Shown piece by piece: positions 12,060 to 21,890 of a stretch of 37,915 nucleotides of DNA. The notes beneath the pieces are model-generated. The model worked only from the letters and a program-made list of their open reading frames with translations. It was not told the DNA's origin and made no database searches. The translations under genes and the position numbers were made by a program. Source of the DNA: Selaginella moellendorffii (Eukaryota > Plantae > Lycopodiophyta); the NCBI RefSeq assembly GCF_000143415.4, contig NW_003314415.1, positions 223,407 to 261,321 of the forward strand, written 5' to 3'. The first letter of the stretch is position 1; every line of letters begins with the position of its first letter.

Positions 12060-12135
12060 GAAGAATTGTACAGCCAGCAGCACTGCATTCAATTCATGGC
12101 TAGAAATCACCAATCTGCCGCTTCTCTTTCTTTTT
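12060..12135 (+). pseudogene. 5' remnant of the 3D-domain gene (MARNHQSAASL); a second remnant is at ~14480-14530
   Basis: Matches the reverse complement of ~15258-15325 (AAGAATTATACAGCCAGCAGCGCTGCATTCATTCATGGCTAAAAATC). Confidence 0.75.
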
Positions 12136-12502
12136 CGCAAAAGACCAATGCTGATGTTGGTATGAGTTCAGTTGAAAAACCATTTGCTGAAATCTTTATG
12201 TTATGACAACAGTCGCGGTTGTCATAGAAAATCAGAGACTATGACATCACGTAAGTCTCATTAGTGTCTCTCTCGTCGTTTCGGCCCACAGACTCAAAGT
12301 TTGCAGCTGGCTGCAGGTATCTTTCAGTGTCATGGTTTTCTGGGCTGGCAGACTAAAAGAAAAATTCCTCCCACGGACCCTCGCAATGCTTTAACAAGTC
12401 AAAAGCTTGACAAGTCTAGCTCCACATGAGACGGCAAAAGACTTCAGACTTTTTCTAGAGCTTTTAAACCATTTTACCCGCGACACGTTTGCAATTCCAG
12501 CC

Positions 12503-14299
12503 ATGGATCATCGCAGCAGCACTTTCTTCGCGCTCGCGATGATCTCACTCGTCAGCGCCACCGCGCAGCATTTCTCCTCCTCTTGCGGCACGAGATGCGA
12601 CTCTAGGCGCGATTGTTCTGGCGGCCTCGTTTGCAATCCTGTTAGCAAGACCTGCGATGGCGATCCAGGAGCTAGCACCCTTTCCTGCCCAATTCCCGGC
12701 TGCGAGCCCGCCCAGAGCTTCATCTACTCGAATGCCACCGCCCACGATCCCGAGTACTGCGTCGACAACAACACCTACCAGTTCTTCAATTGCTCGCCTA
12801 AAGAGCAGTCTCTCAACTTCGCGGCTCTCTACTACACCGAGCTGGAGGGAATCCCCACGGCATGCAATCGGTCCACGCCTTACAAGAACTCGGAGCTCCT
12901 GGCAAACATGGCCACCGGATGGTTTGCCAGTGGATCCTCGTGCTTCAAAGAGATTGTGATCACGGCAGAGAATGGGATGAGCGTCACGGCGACGGTGGTG
13001 GACATTTGTGCATCAACGATCGGGTGTAGCCCATTGACTGGATACTACGAGCCGTGCACGCCCAGATCGCTGGGAGGGACGAGAGGTGTGTGGGAAGCGC
13101 TGGGGCAGACGTATTTTGATAATGTGTTGCAAGTCACTTGGAAGTGGAAGGGCGAGGATTCGAAAAAACGCACTCTTTTCATTGCACTGGTTTCTAGTGG
13201 AGCGCTCGTTGCCTTGGCGCTCTTAGGCATTTTGTGGTGGAAGGTCGTGAGACGGTCCAATGCCGCCAAGAACAAGCTCCATCTGGGGGATCTCACGGAT
13301 GCCCCGCGGCAAATCAGGTACCAAGAGTTGTATCGAGCGACCAAGGGATTCCAGAGCAAGGTGGGAGAGGGAGGGTTTGGGACTGTGTTCAAGGGGACGC
13401 TGCCCAGCGGAGAGATTGTGGCGGTCAAGAGGATTGGCGGTGGATCGCGGCAGGGGGACAAGCAATTTAAAGCGGAGGTGATGTCGATTGGCAGCATCCA
13501 TCACCTCAATCTCGTCAAGCTGGTTGGATTTTGCCTGCATTCTCGCCACAACTTACTCATCTACGAGTTCCTCGCCAATGGCTCGCTGGATAGATGGATT
13601 TTTGCCAAGGACAAGTATCTGCCCTGGGCAACCAGGCTTTCCATCGCGCTCGACGTCGCTCGAGGGCTTGCGTATCTCCACGATGGATGCCGCGAGAAGG
13701 TACTCCATCTAGACATCAAGCCCCAGAACATCCTCCTGGATGAGAAGATGAATGCCAAAATCGCCGACTTTGGATTCTCCAAGCTCATTGACAAGGACAA
13801 AACTCATGTCGTGACAGTCATGCGGGGTACGGTGGGATACATGGCTCCCGAGTGGCTCCACTCTCGTGTGACGGACAAGACGGACGTCTATAGCTTTGGG
13901 ATCGTCCTCCTGGAGCTCGTCTGCTGCATGAAGGCCGTGGAGTATCCCTCGGACTCACAGATGGACGTTGGGTTCCTCGCCCAGACTGCTTTCAACAAGC
14001 TCGACAGTGGAAACGCCATGGACTTGGTGGACGATCGGCTGGTCAAAGCCGAGGACGGTGGTGGTTTATCCTTGAGTGGCTTCGAGAACATCATCCGGAT
14101 CGGGCTATGGTGTGCACAGGAGGATCCTTTGCAGCGACCAACGATGTCTGTGGTGGTGAAGATGCTCGAGGGTGCCATGGATGTGTTGGCGTTCCCTCAG
14201 CTGGAGAGACCCGCTGCACAGGATTCATCGCTCCTGGTGAGCAGCAGCGAGAGCTCGGGATTGCAAATCTCCATCTCGGTCTCGGACTTGGCTCGCTAA
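12503..14299 (+). CDS. Intact kissper-kiwellin receptor-like kinase type 2 (RLK2), non-RD SD-2b-like kinase, 598 aa, intronless
   Basis: Signal peptide MDHRSSTFFALAMISLVSATA. Six-Cys kissper SCGTRCDSRRDCSGGLVC...TCDGDP...SC. Kiwellin core NCSP, MATGWF, CFKEIVITAENGMSVTATVVDIC, GC, EPC, VWEALG, VTW. TM LFIALVSSGALVALALLGILWW. Complete kinase [45 protein letters not shown]. Confidence 0.93.
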   Translation: MDHRSSTFFALAMISLVSATAQHFSSSCGTRCDSRRDCSGGLVCNPVSKTCDGDPGASTLSCPIPGCEPAQSFIYSNATAHDPEYCVDNNTYQFFNCSPKEQSLNFAALYYTELEGIPTACNRSTPYKNSELLANMATGWFASGSSCFKEIVITAENGMSVTATVVDICASTIGCSPLTGYYEPCTPRSLGGTRGVWEALGQTYFDNVLQVTWKWKGEDSKKRTLFIALVSSGALVALALLGILWWKVVRRSNAAKNKLHLGDLTDAPRQIRYQELYRATKGFQSKVGEGGFGTVFKGTLPSGEIVAVKRIGGGSRQGDKQFKAEVMSIGSIHHLNLVKLVGFCLHSRHNLLIYEFLANGSLDRWIFAKDKYLPWATRLSIALDVARGLAYLHDGCREKVLHLDIKPQNILLDEKMNAKIADFGFSKLIDKDKTHVVTVMRGTVGYMAPEWLHSRVTDKTDVYSFGIVLLELVCCMKAVEYPSDSQMDVGFLAQTAFNKLDSGNAMDLVDDRLVKAEDGGGLSLSGFENIIRIGLWCAQEDPLQRPTMSVVVKMLEGAMDVLAFPQLERPAAQDSSLLVSSSESSGLQISISVSDLAR

Positions 14300-14672
14300 G
14301 TAGCTTATTAACTTATTAAGCAGGTCAATCGAACGGCAATTTACATATATTTTTAGAATCCTCGATGAGAAACCAAAAGGTCTTGAGGTGGACGATATTC
14401 ATTCAGTAGTTTATAAGCAGTTTCGATGATCTGTTTTGCTGAACTCCTCCAGATCGCCACACGGCTGCCAAACCTCACAGGAAGAATTGTAATTGTCTAA
14501 AAATCACCAACCTGCTGCTTCTCTTTCTTTTTTGCGAAAGACCAATGCTGATTTCAGAATCAGAACAATGAATTTTAATTATAGAATTCCTGCTGCTAAG
14601 AGATAAAAATAGGTGAGCTGTTTATTAGTCTCAATAGCAAACCAAATCTTATGATATGCAAGCATTTCCAAT

Positions 14673-15290
14673 CTAGCTGCCATAGTCTTGGATCTGGCAG
14701 TTCGGATCAATATTGGCATCCCATGATTCAGCATCCTGTAGCTCATGCTCAATATTATGGTAGTTACTCTCAGATCCCACGTAGAAGTCCATGTTGCATT
14801 CATTGTTCTTCTCCTTGTCTTTCTTGCAGGCATCATCCACCCGAACACATCCATTGTGTTGCCTGCCGTTGGGAAGCGCTAAGCCTTGGAGCAGATCTAT
14901 CTTGAGATGTGATCCAAAGGGATACTTCCCTTCATCTGGAACAGCAATAGACACGTAAAGCTGCAAGTCGTTCTCTCGACTGCCCTTGGGACCATCAGTC
15001 ACGAAGTAGCAGGTGCAATCGTTGTCTTGACAATTCACGTAGCGCCCGTCCTTCAACCTTCCAGCACCCTCAACGTGGATTTTTGAACTGAAACCGCCAC
15101 AGACGGAAGCTATCGCGTTGCCATCGCAATCCTTGATTTCTGTGTTTGAGGCCTCGTTGCCGCATAGAACACTCTCCTCTACAGTCCAGTAGTACGTGAA
15201 ACTCTCTCTGGCTGCCTCCACTGAGAATCCCAGAGCCATGCAAGCGAAAAAGAGCACAAGAGAAGCGGAAGATCGATGATTTTTAGCCAT
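14673..15290 (-). CDS. Secreted Cys-rich 3D-domain (MltA/DPBB-like) protein, 205 aa, intronless
   Basis: Signal peptide LVLFFACMALGFSVEA. Motifs FTYYW..EE, EGAGRLKDG, SIAVPD...PFGS.L.I..L.G..LPNG..HNGCVRVDD and MDFYVG resemble microbial 3D-domain proteins. Ten Cys in the mature chain and a TATA box upstream. Confidence 0.72.
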   Translation of the reverse strand: MAKNHRSSASLVLFFACMALGFSVEAARESFTYYWTVEESVLCGNEASNTEIKDCDGNAIASVCGGFSSKIHVEGAGRLKDGRYVNCQDNDCTCYFVTDGPKGSRENDLQLYVSIAVPDEGKYPFGSHLKIDLLQGLALPNGRQHNGCVRVDDACKKDKEKNNECNMDFYVGSESNYHNIEHELQDAESWDANIDPNCQIQDYGS

Positions 15291-15345
15291 GAATGAATGC
15301 AGCGCTGCTGGCTGTATAATTCTTGCATGACCTCGGAGCACTAGC

Positions 15346-15352
15346 TTTTATA
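15346..15352 (-). promoter_or_regulatory. TATA box of the 3D-domain gene
   Basis: CCTATAAAAG on the minus strand, ~55 bp upstream of the ATG at 15290. Confidence 0.6.
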
Positions 15353-15467
15353 GGAGCCAGGCATCGCCGTGCCATGTGGTGTGTGTATACCGCGTCTGTT
15401 GTGGGACCACCAGCCAGGGCAATCGTTGTTTTCACCCTCGATGTGGCCTCGTTGGTGCTCCTCTGGA

Positions 15468-15524
15468 TACGTGAAACTCTCTCCACTGAGAATCCTCGAA
15501 GAAAGTGCTGCTGCGATGATCCAT
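15468..15524 (-). pseudogene. RLK2 start (MDHRSSTFF) fused to a fragment of the 3D gene 5' coding region
   Basis: 15497-15524 is the reverse complement of the RLK2 start. 15468-15495 matches ~15193-15230 with a small deletion. Confidence 0.7.
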
Positions 15525-15805
15525 GGCTGGAATTGCAAACGTAAACTGGTTTAAAAGCTCTAGAAAGTCTTTTGTGGCATGTGGAGCTAGACTTGTCAGG
15601 CTTTTGACTTGTTCAAGCATTGCGAGGGTCCGGGGAGAAATTGCTCTTTTAGTCTGCCAGCCCAGAAGAACCTTGACACTGAAAGATACCTGCAGCCAGC
15701 TGCCAAACTTGAAGTCTGTGGGCCGAAGAGACACTAATGAGACTTACATGATCTCTGATTTTCTATGGTTTCCAGGTGCCCAAGAACAGTGGTATTTACT
15801 AAACT

Positions 15806-17933
15806 ATGGAGGTGGCGATTCTCATGTGCTTCATGATCGTGCTATGTAGCACCCTCGCAAGCCCAACAACAGGTATGTTCTTCGTTAAGCGACTGCCCGA
15901 ATGGATCTCTTTGTTTCCCGGAGCCCATGCTCAGCGGCAACCATTCACTCCGCAATTCATCCTGCTACCTATCGAGCAATCAATCCGAGCCATATCTCAG
16001 CGATTCCGAAGCCCATCTCCATAGTCAATTTCACTGCCACCATCGCTCCAGATTGCCCGAATTGCTGCGTCCCAGGCCTGGCTTACAGGACTTTCACCTG
16101 CTCTCCAAATTTACAAGGGACCAACAATGTTCTTCAGTAACTCCACTCTCAAGTCGTAAAGGCTGGTTCCTTGGTACTTGGAGCTTCTCCCATCATCTTT
16201 CTGTTGGCTCTACTCAAGACCATGGCTTGAGATAAAAGTCTGCGGCGAGTTTTTCTACAAAGTACCTCCACGTGAAGACCCCCCCTCTTGCTCTTTGTTG
16301 GTTTCGTGCACGACGAAACTTTCTGTCGCGGCTCTTTGCTGGTTTCGTGCCTTAACGAAACTCAGCCCAGTTTTGGTTTTCTGGTGAATAAAAGCCCTGT
16401 TTAACAAGGGACCAACAATGCCGTCCTCTATGTCACAAGCTTCAACCTCTCAAATCCGGGGTTTCTCAGGCCGTGCACGTCCTCGCAATGGAATATGGAA
16501 CCCATGGCAGCGCTGGCCACTGGATGGTATACCCAAGACCGAAGCTTGTGCTCGAAAAACATCCAAGTTTTAGCTCCAAACGGACGGACTGCGGTCGCTA
16601 GAATGGTGGCTGAATGCTACTCCCCAGGCGCGTGTCTCAGGGATCATTCGTTCACGGAGCCCTGTGCTCCAAACGCTGTGGCTGCGAACGAGCAAGTGTG
16701 GAGGCAGCTTGGGTATGATCCAGGCATTGGAATCTTGAGAAATATCACCTGGAATGTCATTGATAGTAATCTTCCACAATCCATTCGAAGCAAAAAGAAT
16801 TATCAGGGAGTGATCTCTGGGGTAGCAAGCGCTGTGGCCGGGGTGGTGCTTAGCGTCGTAATCTTCGTAGCAACCAGGAAGTGGAGAAGATCTCGGAGGA
16901 GGCGCATGGAAAAGCAAGCGCTCATCGAAGGAATGAGGCTCGATGAGATACTTCCGCACCAGTTTAGCTATCACGACTTGAAGATGGCAACTAGAAACTT
17001 TGATCCCGAGCTCACGCTTGGAGCTGGAGGATTTGGATCCGTCTTCAAAGGAGAGCTTGCGGATGGGAGCCTCGTTGCTGTGAAGAAGATGGACGTAGAA
17101 ATCCAAGGCTCGTCGAAAGGACACTCGCAGTTCAAGGCCGAGGTAATGTCCATTGGCAGCATTCACCACTTCAACCTGGTAAAGCTCCGGGGATTTTGCA
17201 TCCAGGGACCAGCTGCATTGCTTGTCTACGAGTTCATACCCAATGGATCACTGGACAAGTGGATCTTCATCAAGAACGATGATGACAAAGGTGGCGGATC
17301 AGCAAACCTGATGTTGAACTGGACCAGAGACACTCAATACCTCCATGAAGGATGCCGGGAGCAAGTTCTTCACCTGGATATCAAACCTCAAAACATCCTC
17401 CTGGACGAGAACTTACGAGCCAGAATCTCCGACTTTGGCCTGAGCAAGCTTGCCGAGCGGGGAAAGAGGCAAGTGGTGACTGTCATGCGAGGAACTCCCG
17501 GATACATGGCACCCGAGTGGCTCCACACCAAAGTCACGGATAAGACCGACGTTTACAGCTTTGGAATCGTGCTGCTCGAGCTCGTCAGCTCCAAGCGCAC
17601 CATCCAGTTCCATCCTCCATCCTCCTCTTCCTCCTCATCCTCCTCACAACCGCGCTTCCTGGGCGAAACCGCGCTGAGCATGTTTCACAGTGCAACGTCG
17701 TCGAGCTTATTGACGACAAGCTCCTGGACAATGATCTCGACAGCACTAGCAGTGGCTTAGAGCTCAAGGATGTCGAGAGGTACGTGAAAATCGGACTGTG
17801 GTGCATCCAACTCGAGGCAGCAATCCGGCCCTCTATGAGAAACGTCTTGGATATGCTCGAAGGTAACACAGACGTTCTTGACTTGCCACCACCTTCAAGT
17901 GATGGTAGCTCCAGAAGCTTGAGCTTGCTGTGA
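15806..17933 (+). pseudogene. Kiwellin-RLK type 1 pseudogene (RLK3), inverted paralog of RLK1
   Basis: Near-identical to the reverse complement of 9629-11312. Lesions: 11-bp deletion in the signal peptide, 274-bp insertion, ~30-bp deletion in kinase VIa (NWTRDTQYLHE) and a -1 frameshift at ~17692. It keeps the original start MEVAILM and the C-terminal tail LWCIQ..RPSM...SLSLL*. Confidence 0.9.
16130..16403. mobile_element. 274-bp insertion in the RLK3 ectodomain
   Basis: Absent from RLK1. Flanked by a 17-bp direct repeat ACAAGGGACCAACAATG (16113-16129 and 16404-16420). Can be read as TGTT...AACA (16128-16406). Contains AATAAA and a duplicated GTTTCG..CGAAAC hairpin. Confidence 0.75.
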
Positions 17934-18140
17934 TGGATCCTACTTGGTTCCTACTTCAGCTCCCTGTGATGTTATCCTCTAGTTCTCACAGTGAGACTAT
18001 GATCATCAAGACTGAGATAGAGTCTCACAAGTGTTGACGTTATATTGACAGAGGGGAGTCACCTTCTTCCAAGTTTTTCTCTCTACTTCTAGCCAGCGGG
18101 AACGAGGAAGCATACCGGAGACAATATACATTTCAAAGAA

Positions 18141-19008
18141 TCAAGGGTCTTCGTCTGCACCACCATCAGCCTCACAAAATCTGAAGTTGGGTTCTACCTT
18201 CATTGCTCACGCTAATTTGGCCAGCAATGACTTATTAAATACCTGTGATCCAAATCTCCTGCCTCAGTAAAAGTACAAAGTGCCTGGTTACCTTCTCAAT
18301 GGGGATTTCATGTTGCTTGCACCAAGCGACTGTTATTCGAGGATCCATGTAGTTAATCTTTGACGTTCCCAGCGCCTGGAGGTTTGCCCTTTTTAACTTT
18401 CCCCAAGTCTGTTGCAAGTTCCTCACGCAGTGTCTACCAATAGCAAAGCGTCAGCCTCAAACAAACCATAAAGAAAAATGGACCTTTAACTCTGCAATCT
18501 TTGCCTCCAATCTTTCCATCTGAGCACTATGGCCCTTGGATACTGTCTGTTGATGATTACATGGAATTGTGACTTGTCAGCAAAGTGCTAACCAAACAGA
18601 ATGTTCTCTTACCTCCTTATTTGCTCAGGAGTATTCTGCAGTTTTCTTGTTAAGAGTCGCACCAAGCGTCTCCTTCAACTGTAACAAGTAAATTGTTAGA
18701 TCATTTTGGCCTTGACAAAGTAAAAGTCACCTACGTTTTCAAAGTATACGATGCATTATACGTTCAAAACACCTTCACTGTTAGACCTTGCATGTACTTC
18801 TTCAGATGGGCATTAAGATTAGAAGTATCTAACTTGTCAAAGAGGTCAGCCCCTTCCTTTTTCCCTGTGTAACAGATAGCTCATCTCAATGAGGAAACAC
18901 ACAAGTCACAACATACCTTTCTTAAAATTGTGTATAGCATCATATACCTCTTTGTTTACAACCACGAAGTTTTGGTACCTTGTGGAGTCTTTACCCAGAA
19001 AATCAAAC
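18141..19008 (-). pseudogene. TOP1: DNA topoisomerase I (type IB) 3' fragment with introns
   Basis: Exons FDFLGKDSTRY, DLFDKLDTSNLNAHL...[39 protein letters not shown] (catalytic Tyr) and [17 protein letters not shown] introns, e.g. 18243-18291 (49 bp). In-frame stops; 5' part missing. Confidence 0.93.
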
Positions 19009-19099
19009 TGCAAATATGTGAACCATAGATCATAAAACAATGGTGATGTTAAAGAAGTTCCCAAAGCTTTTTGTAAACTTTTATGAGGACCTGTGGCAT

Positions 19100-19290
19100 A
19101 ATCATGTCATATATCATCATTTAACTTTTTATAATTAATGCACACTTTCCATTTCCCTCCCTTCTTTAGTGTTACTATAACAAGTGACAACTAATTTGAA
19201 TTCTCCACTTCAAATATGAAGTCAGCTTTGATCAACTTCATTAGCTCAGCAAACTACTCTTACATGGTGGCAATTGCCACTTCTTCCTAA
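19100..19290 (-). mobile_element. Small Gypsy RT remnant
   Basis: Translates LIKADFIFEVENSN*LSLVIVTLKKGGKWKVCINYKK. Confidence 0.7.
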
Positions 19291-19744
19291 ATCAAGATTG
19301 TCAAGATTATAACCTTGAGTGTCAAGGTCATAATCTTGACTATTGTGCTTCATTCTCCCACGACTGAACAGAGCTTCTTCTCAAGGCTTTTATTGCTCCA
19401 TCATGTTGATTAGCTTTATTAGTGCTAGATTTCCTGTGAGTTTGCCCTTGAACTTGTTGAGTTGCTAATGGAATTTCTCATCATCATCATTTTCCTTGTC
19501 ATGCTCGTTCTCATTGTCCATTATTGTAGGCTGCTTTGGCTTGAGAGTGCAGATCTTGTTCAGAGCTCCGTGTTTTCTTTAGCGACCTGGTCGTTAATAC
19601 ATTGTGTCTCCACACATACTGTCCCCTAGAAGGATGTACCTTGAACACTCCTTTTGAGCTGCTGGATGTCACTCTGGATCTTGTTGAGCTTTGTGTCCAG
19701 GGGCTGGAAGACAACAGCGTTAATCATAGTCTGCACTCCAGAAA

Positions 19745-21890
19745 AATGCTGTGATGTCATTTAGGCTCATAAATGCACTAGCAACATTTCAATGACTTAT
19801 GAATAAGATCTTTGAGCCATACCTTGGCAAGTTTATTAGAATGCAGCTTGACAACTTTTACATATATAGCAATTGAGCAACTCATTTGGAAAAAGTACAA
19901 TAACATTTGTAAGACTAAATGAATCAAAAGATTGCCTAAATCTGGATAAATGTTAAATTGCAAGCATATGTTAGGATGAGACTTTCTACATAAACATAAA
20001 CATTGACAAGTATTTTATCACAATGATTCTATTCCAAAAGGGGAGTAGAGGATATATATTTCCCCTCTACTATGCTAGCTGACAACTTTAAGGACTTGAG
20101 TTAAGTTATCCACTTTTGGAGAAGCAAGCTAGAAGTATCATATATGAGGTGGAGAAATTCAAACACTACTTATGGGGAAGATATTTTGTGTTCTTCACAA
20201 ATAATGCTGCATTAAAGTACATTACAAACAAGCCAACATTTGTTAGGAAAATTTCCAGATGGATGATAGCTTTCGCAAAGTATAACTTTAAGTTTCACCA
20301 TGAGAAAAACACTTAAGCAAGATTGGTTAGAGCTTTGGATTATAAAATACCTCTGGAGCAAGAAGAGATCAATTTATGCCAAGAAGAAGATTATGAAGTC
20401 TTAACAATGAGTGTTGACATGGAAGAATATTGGAAAATTTACAATTTTTTGAGAATAGAGAGTTTTCTAGAAGGATATAAAGGCATTGAGAACTGGAAAA
20501 TTATACGTAAGTTAAAACCATTCACACTAATAGGTGATTAACTAATAACATGCTTTAGAGAGCATTTAGACAAAATGAACAAAAAGAGATCATAAAGCAG
20601 TGTCATGAAGGATATTATGGTGGACACTTCTCCCATAATTATACAATCAATAAGATTGTGAATATAGGATATTTTTGGCAAACATTATTCCAGGACGTAA
20701 GGGAATGATGCAAGTCATGTCACACTTGTTAGGCCATCAAAAGAAGAATCCTTCGACTAGGAAGTCTTCATCAAATTTTGCCAATAGGACTATTTAAGAA
20801 ATGGGGGATAGATTTTGTAGGACTAATTCCAATGGCATTAAGTCAAAAAAGATTTATCTTGGTGGCAACAAACCTTATTAAGTGGGTTGAAGCAATAATA
20901 ACTAAAAGCAAAGGTGCCACCACACCTGAATACAATTTTTATATTCACATCCTATTTATAAGGACTGTCTTTACAAATGTTACTTGGAAGCTGACAATGT
21001 GACTTTTGTGGTGGCTCTCAAGGCATGTGGTAGCCTGGGAGCTCTAGCAGCCAGGAAGAACATTGAGGTCGAGATCTAGTGGAGAGCCATTTGGTAAAAA
21101 ACTTCTAAAAAGCTAAATTTATTATTATTGAAAGAGATTTATATAACTTCATATCAAGGAAGTTGTGGTAAGCTTTCTTATCTAGAATATATGTATAAGG
21201 TTTGGTTACCTGTTAGAGATTGTCACTAACTAGGTCTCACACTTCTACAATGAGGTGGTTAAAACACTAATGAGGAAGCTGTCAATAAAACATTGGTAGT
21301 CAACATCATACTATCCATAAATTAATAGTGGTGGAGAGAACAAATGGTGTATTGTGCAACATTCTAGTAAAATTAACCATCGAGAAGAAGAAAGATTGGG
21401 ATAAATAGCTGTTGACAACATTATGGGCTTACAAAACTATATATAAAGTAACAACAAACTTCACTCCTTTCTAGGTAGTTTATAGGACAAAAGTTATGTT
21501 TCCAATTGAATTGAAGATCCCAACTCTACAACTAGCATTGAAGCATGGACTAAGTGACAATGAAGACTTGTAATTAAGGCCTATTTAGCTTGAGGGGATG
21601 GATGAGAATCAACGTCAAGCTCTTCAACATCTGAAAGCAATTCAACAACAAAGAAACCACAGATTTGATAAGAAATTTGTAAAGGCTTTTTAGGTTGGTG
21701 ATTTGGTTATGAAGTATGATAGTAAGATTGATAAAACATTCCTAAAAAAGTTTCGTTTATGATAGGATGACCTATATCAGATTGTTGAGGTCAACAATAA
21801 TGGATTATACTTACTAACAGATCTTGATGGAAAATAACATGACACCTAAGTAAATGGATATAGGTTGAAAATGTCCCATATTCTACTATA
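19745..21890 (+). mobile_element. Heavily degraded Ty3/Gypsy pol (RT-RH-INT), non-chromovirus-like
   Basis: VMSFRLINALATFQ*LMNKIFEPYLGKF, EKFKHYLWGRYF, KWGIDFVGLIP, LWAYKTIYK and a GPY-like region near 21770. Confidence 0.82.

Noticed and set aside
12407-12502. N-terminal extension of RLK2 from TTG; likewise 15291-15341 for the 3D gene
   Set aside because: The starts are non-ATG, and the signal peptides begin at ATG 12503 and 15290.
17613-17647. (TCC)n poly-Ser tract in the kinase (also ~9715-9748)
   Set aside because: An ordinary microsatellite in the variable IX-X loop.
9590-17933. G-type lectin S-receptor kinase annotation
   Set aside because: The kinase is SD-2b-like, but no bulb-lectin, S-locus or PAN domain is present. 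The ectodomain is kiwellin-like.
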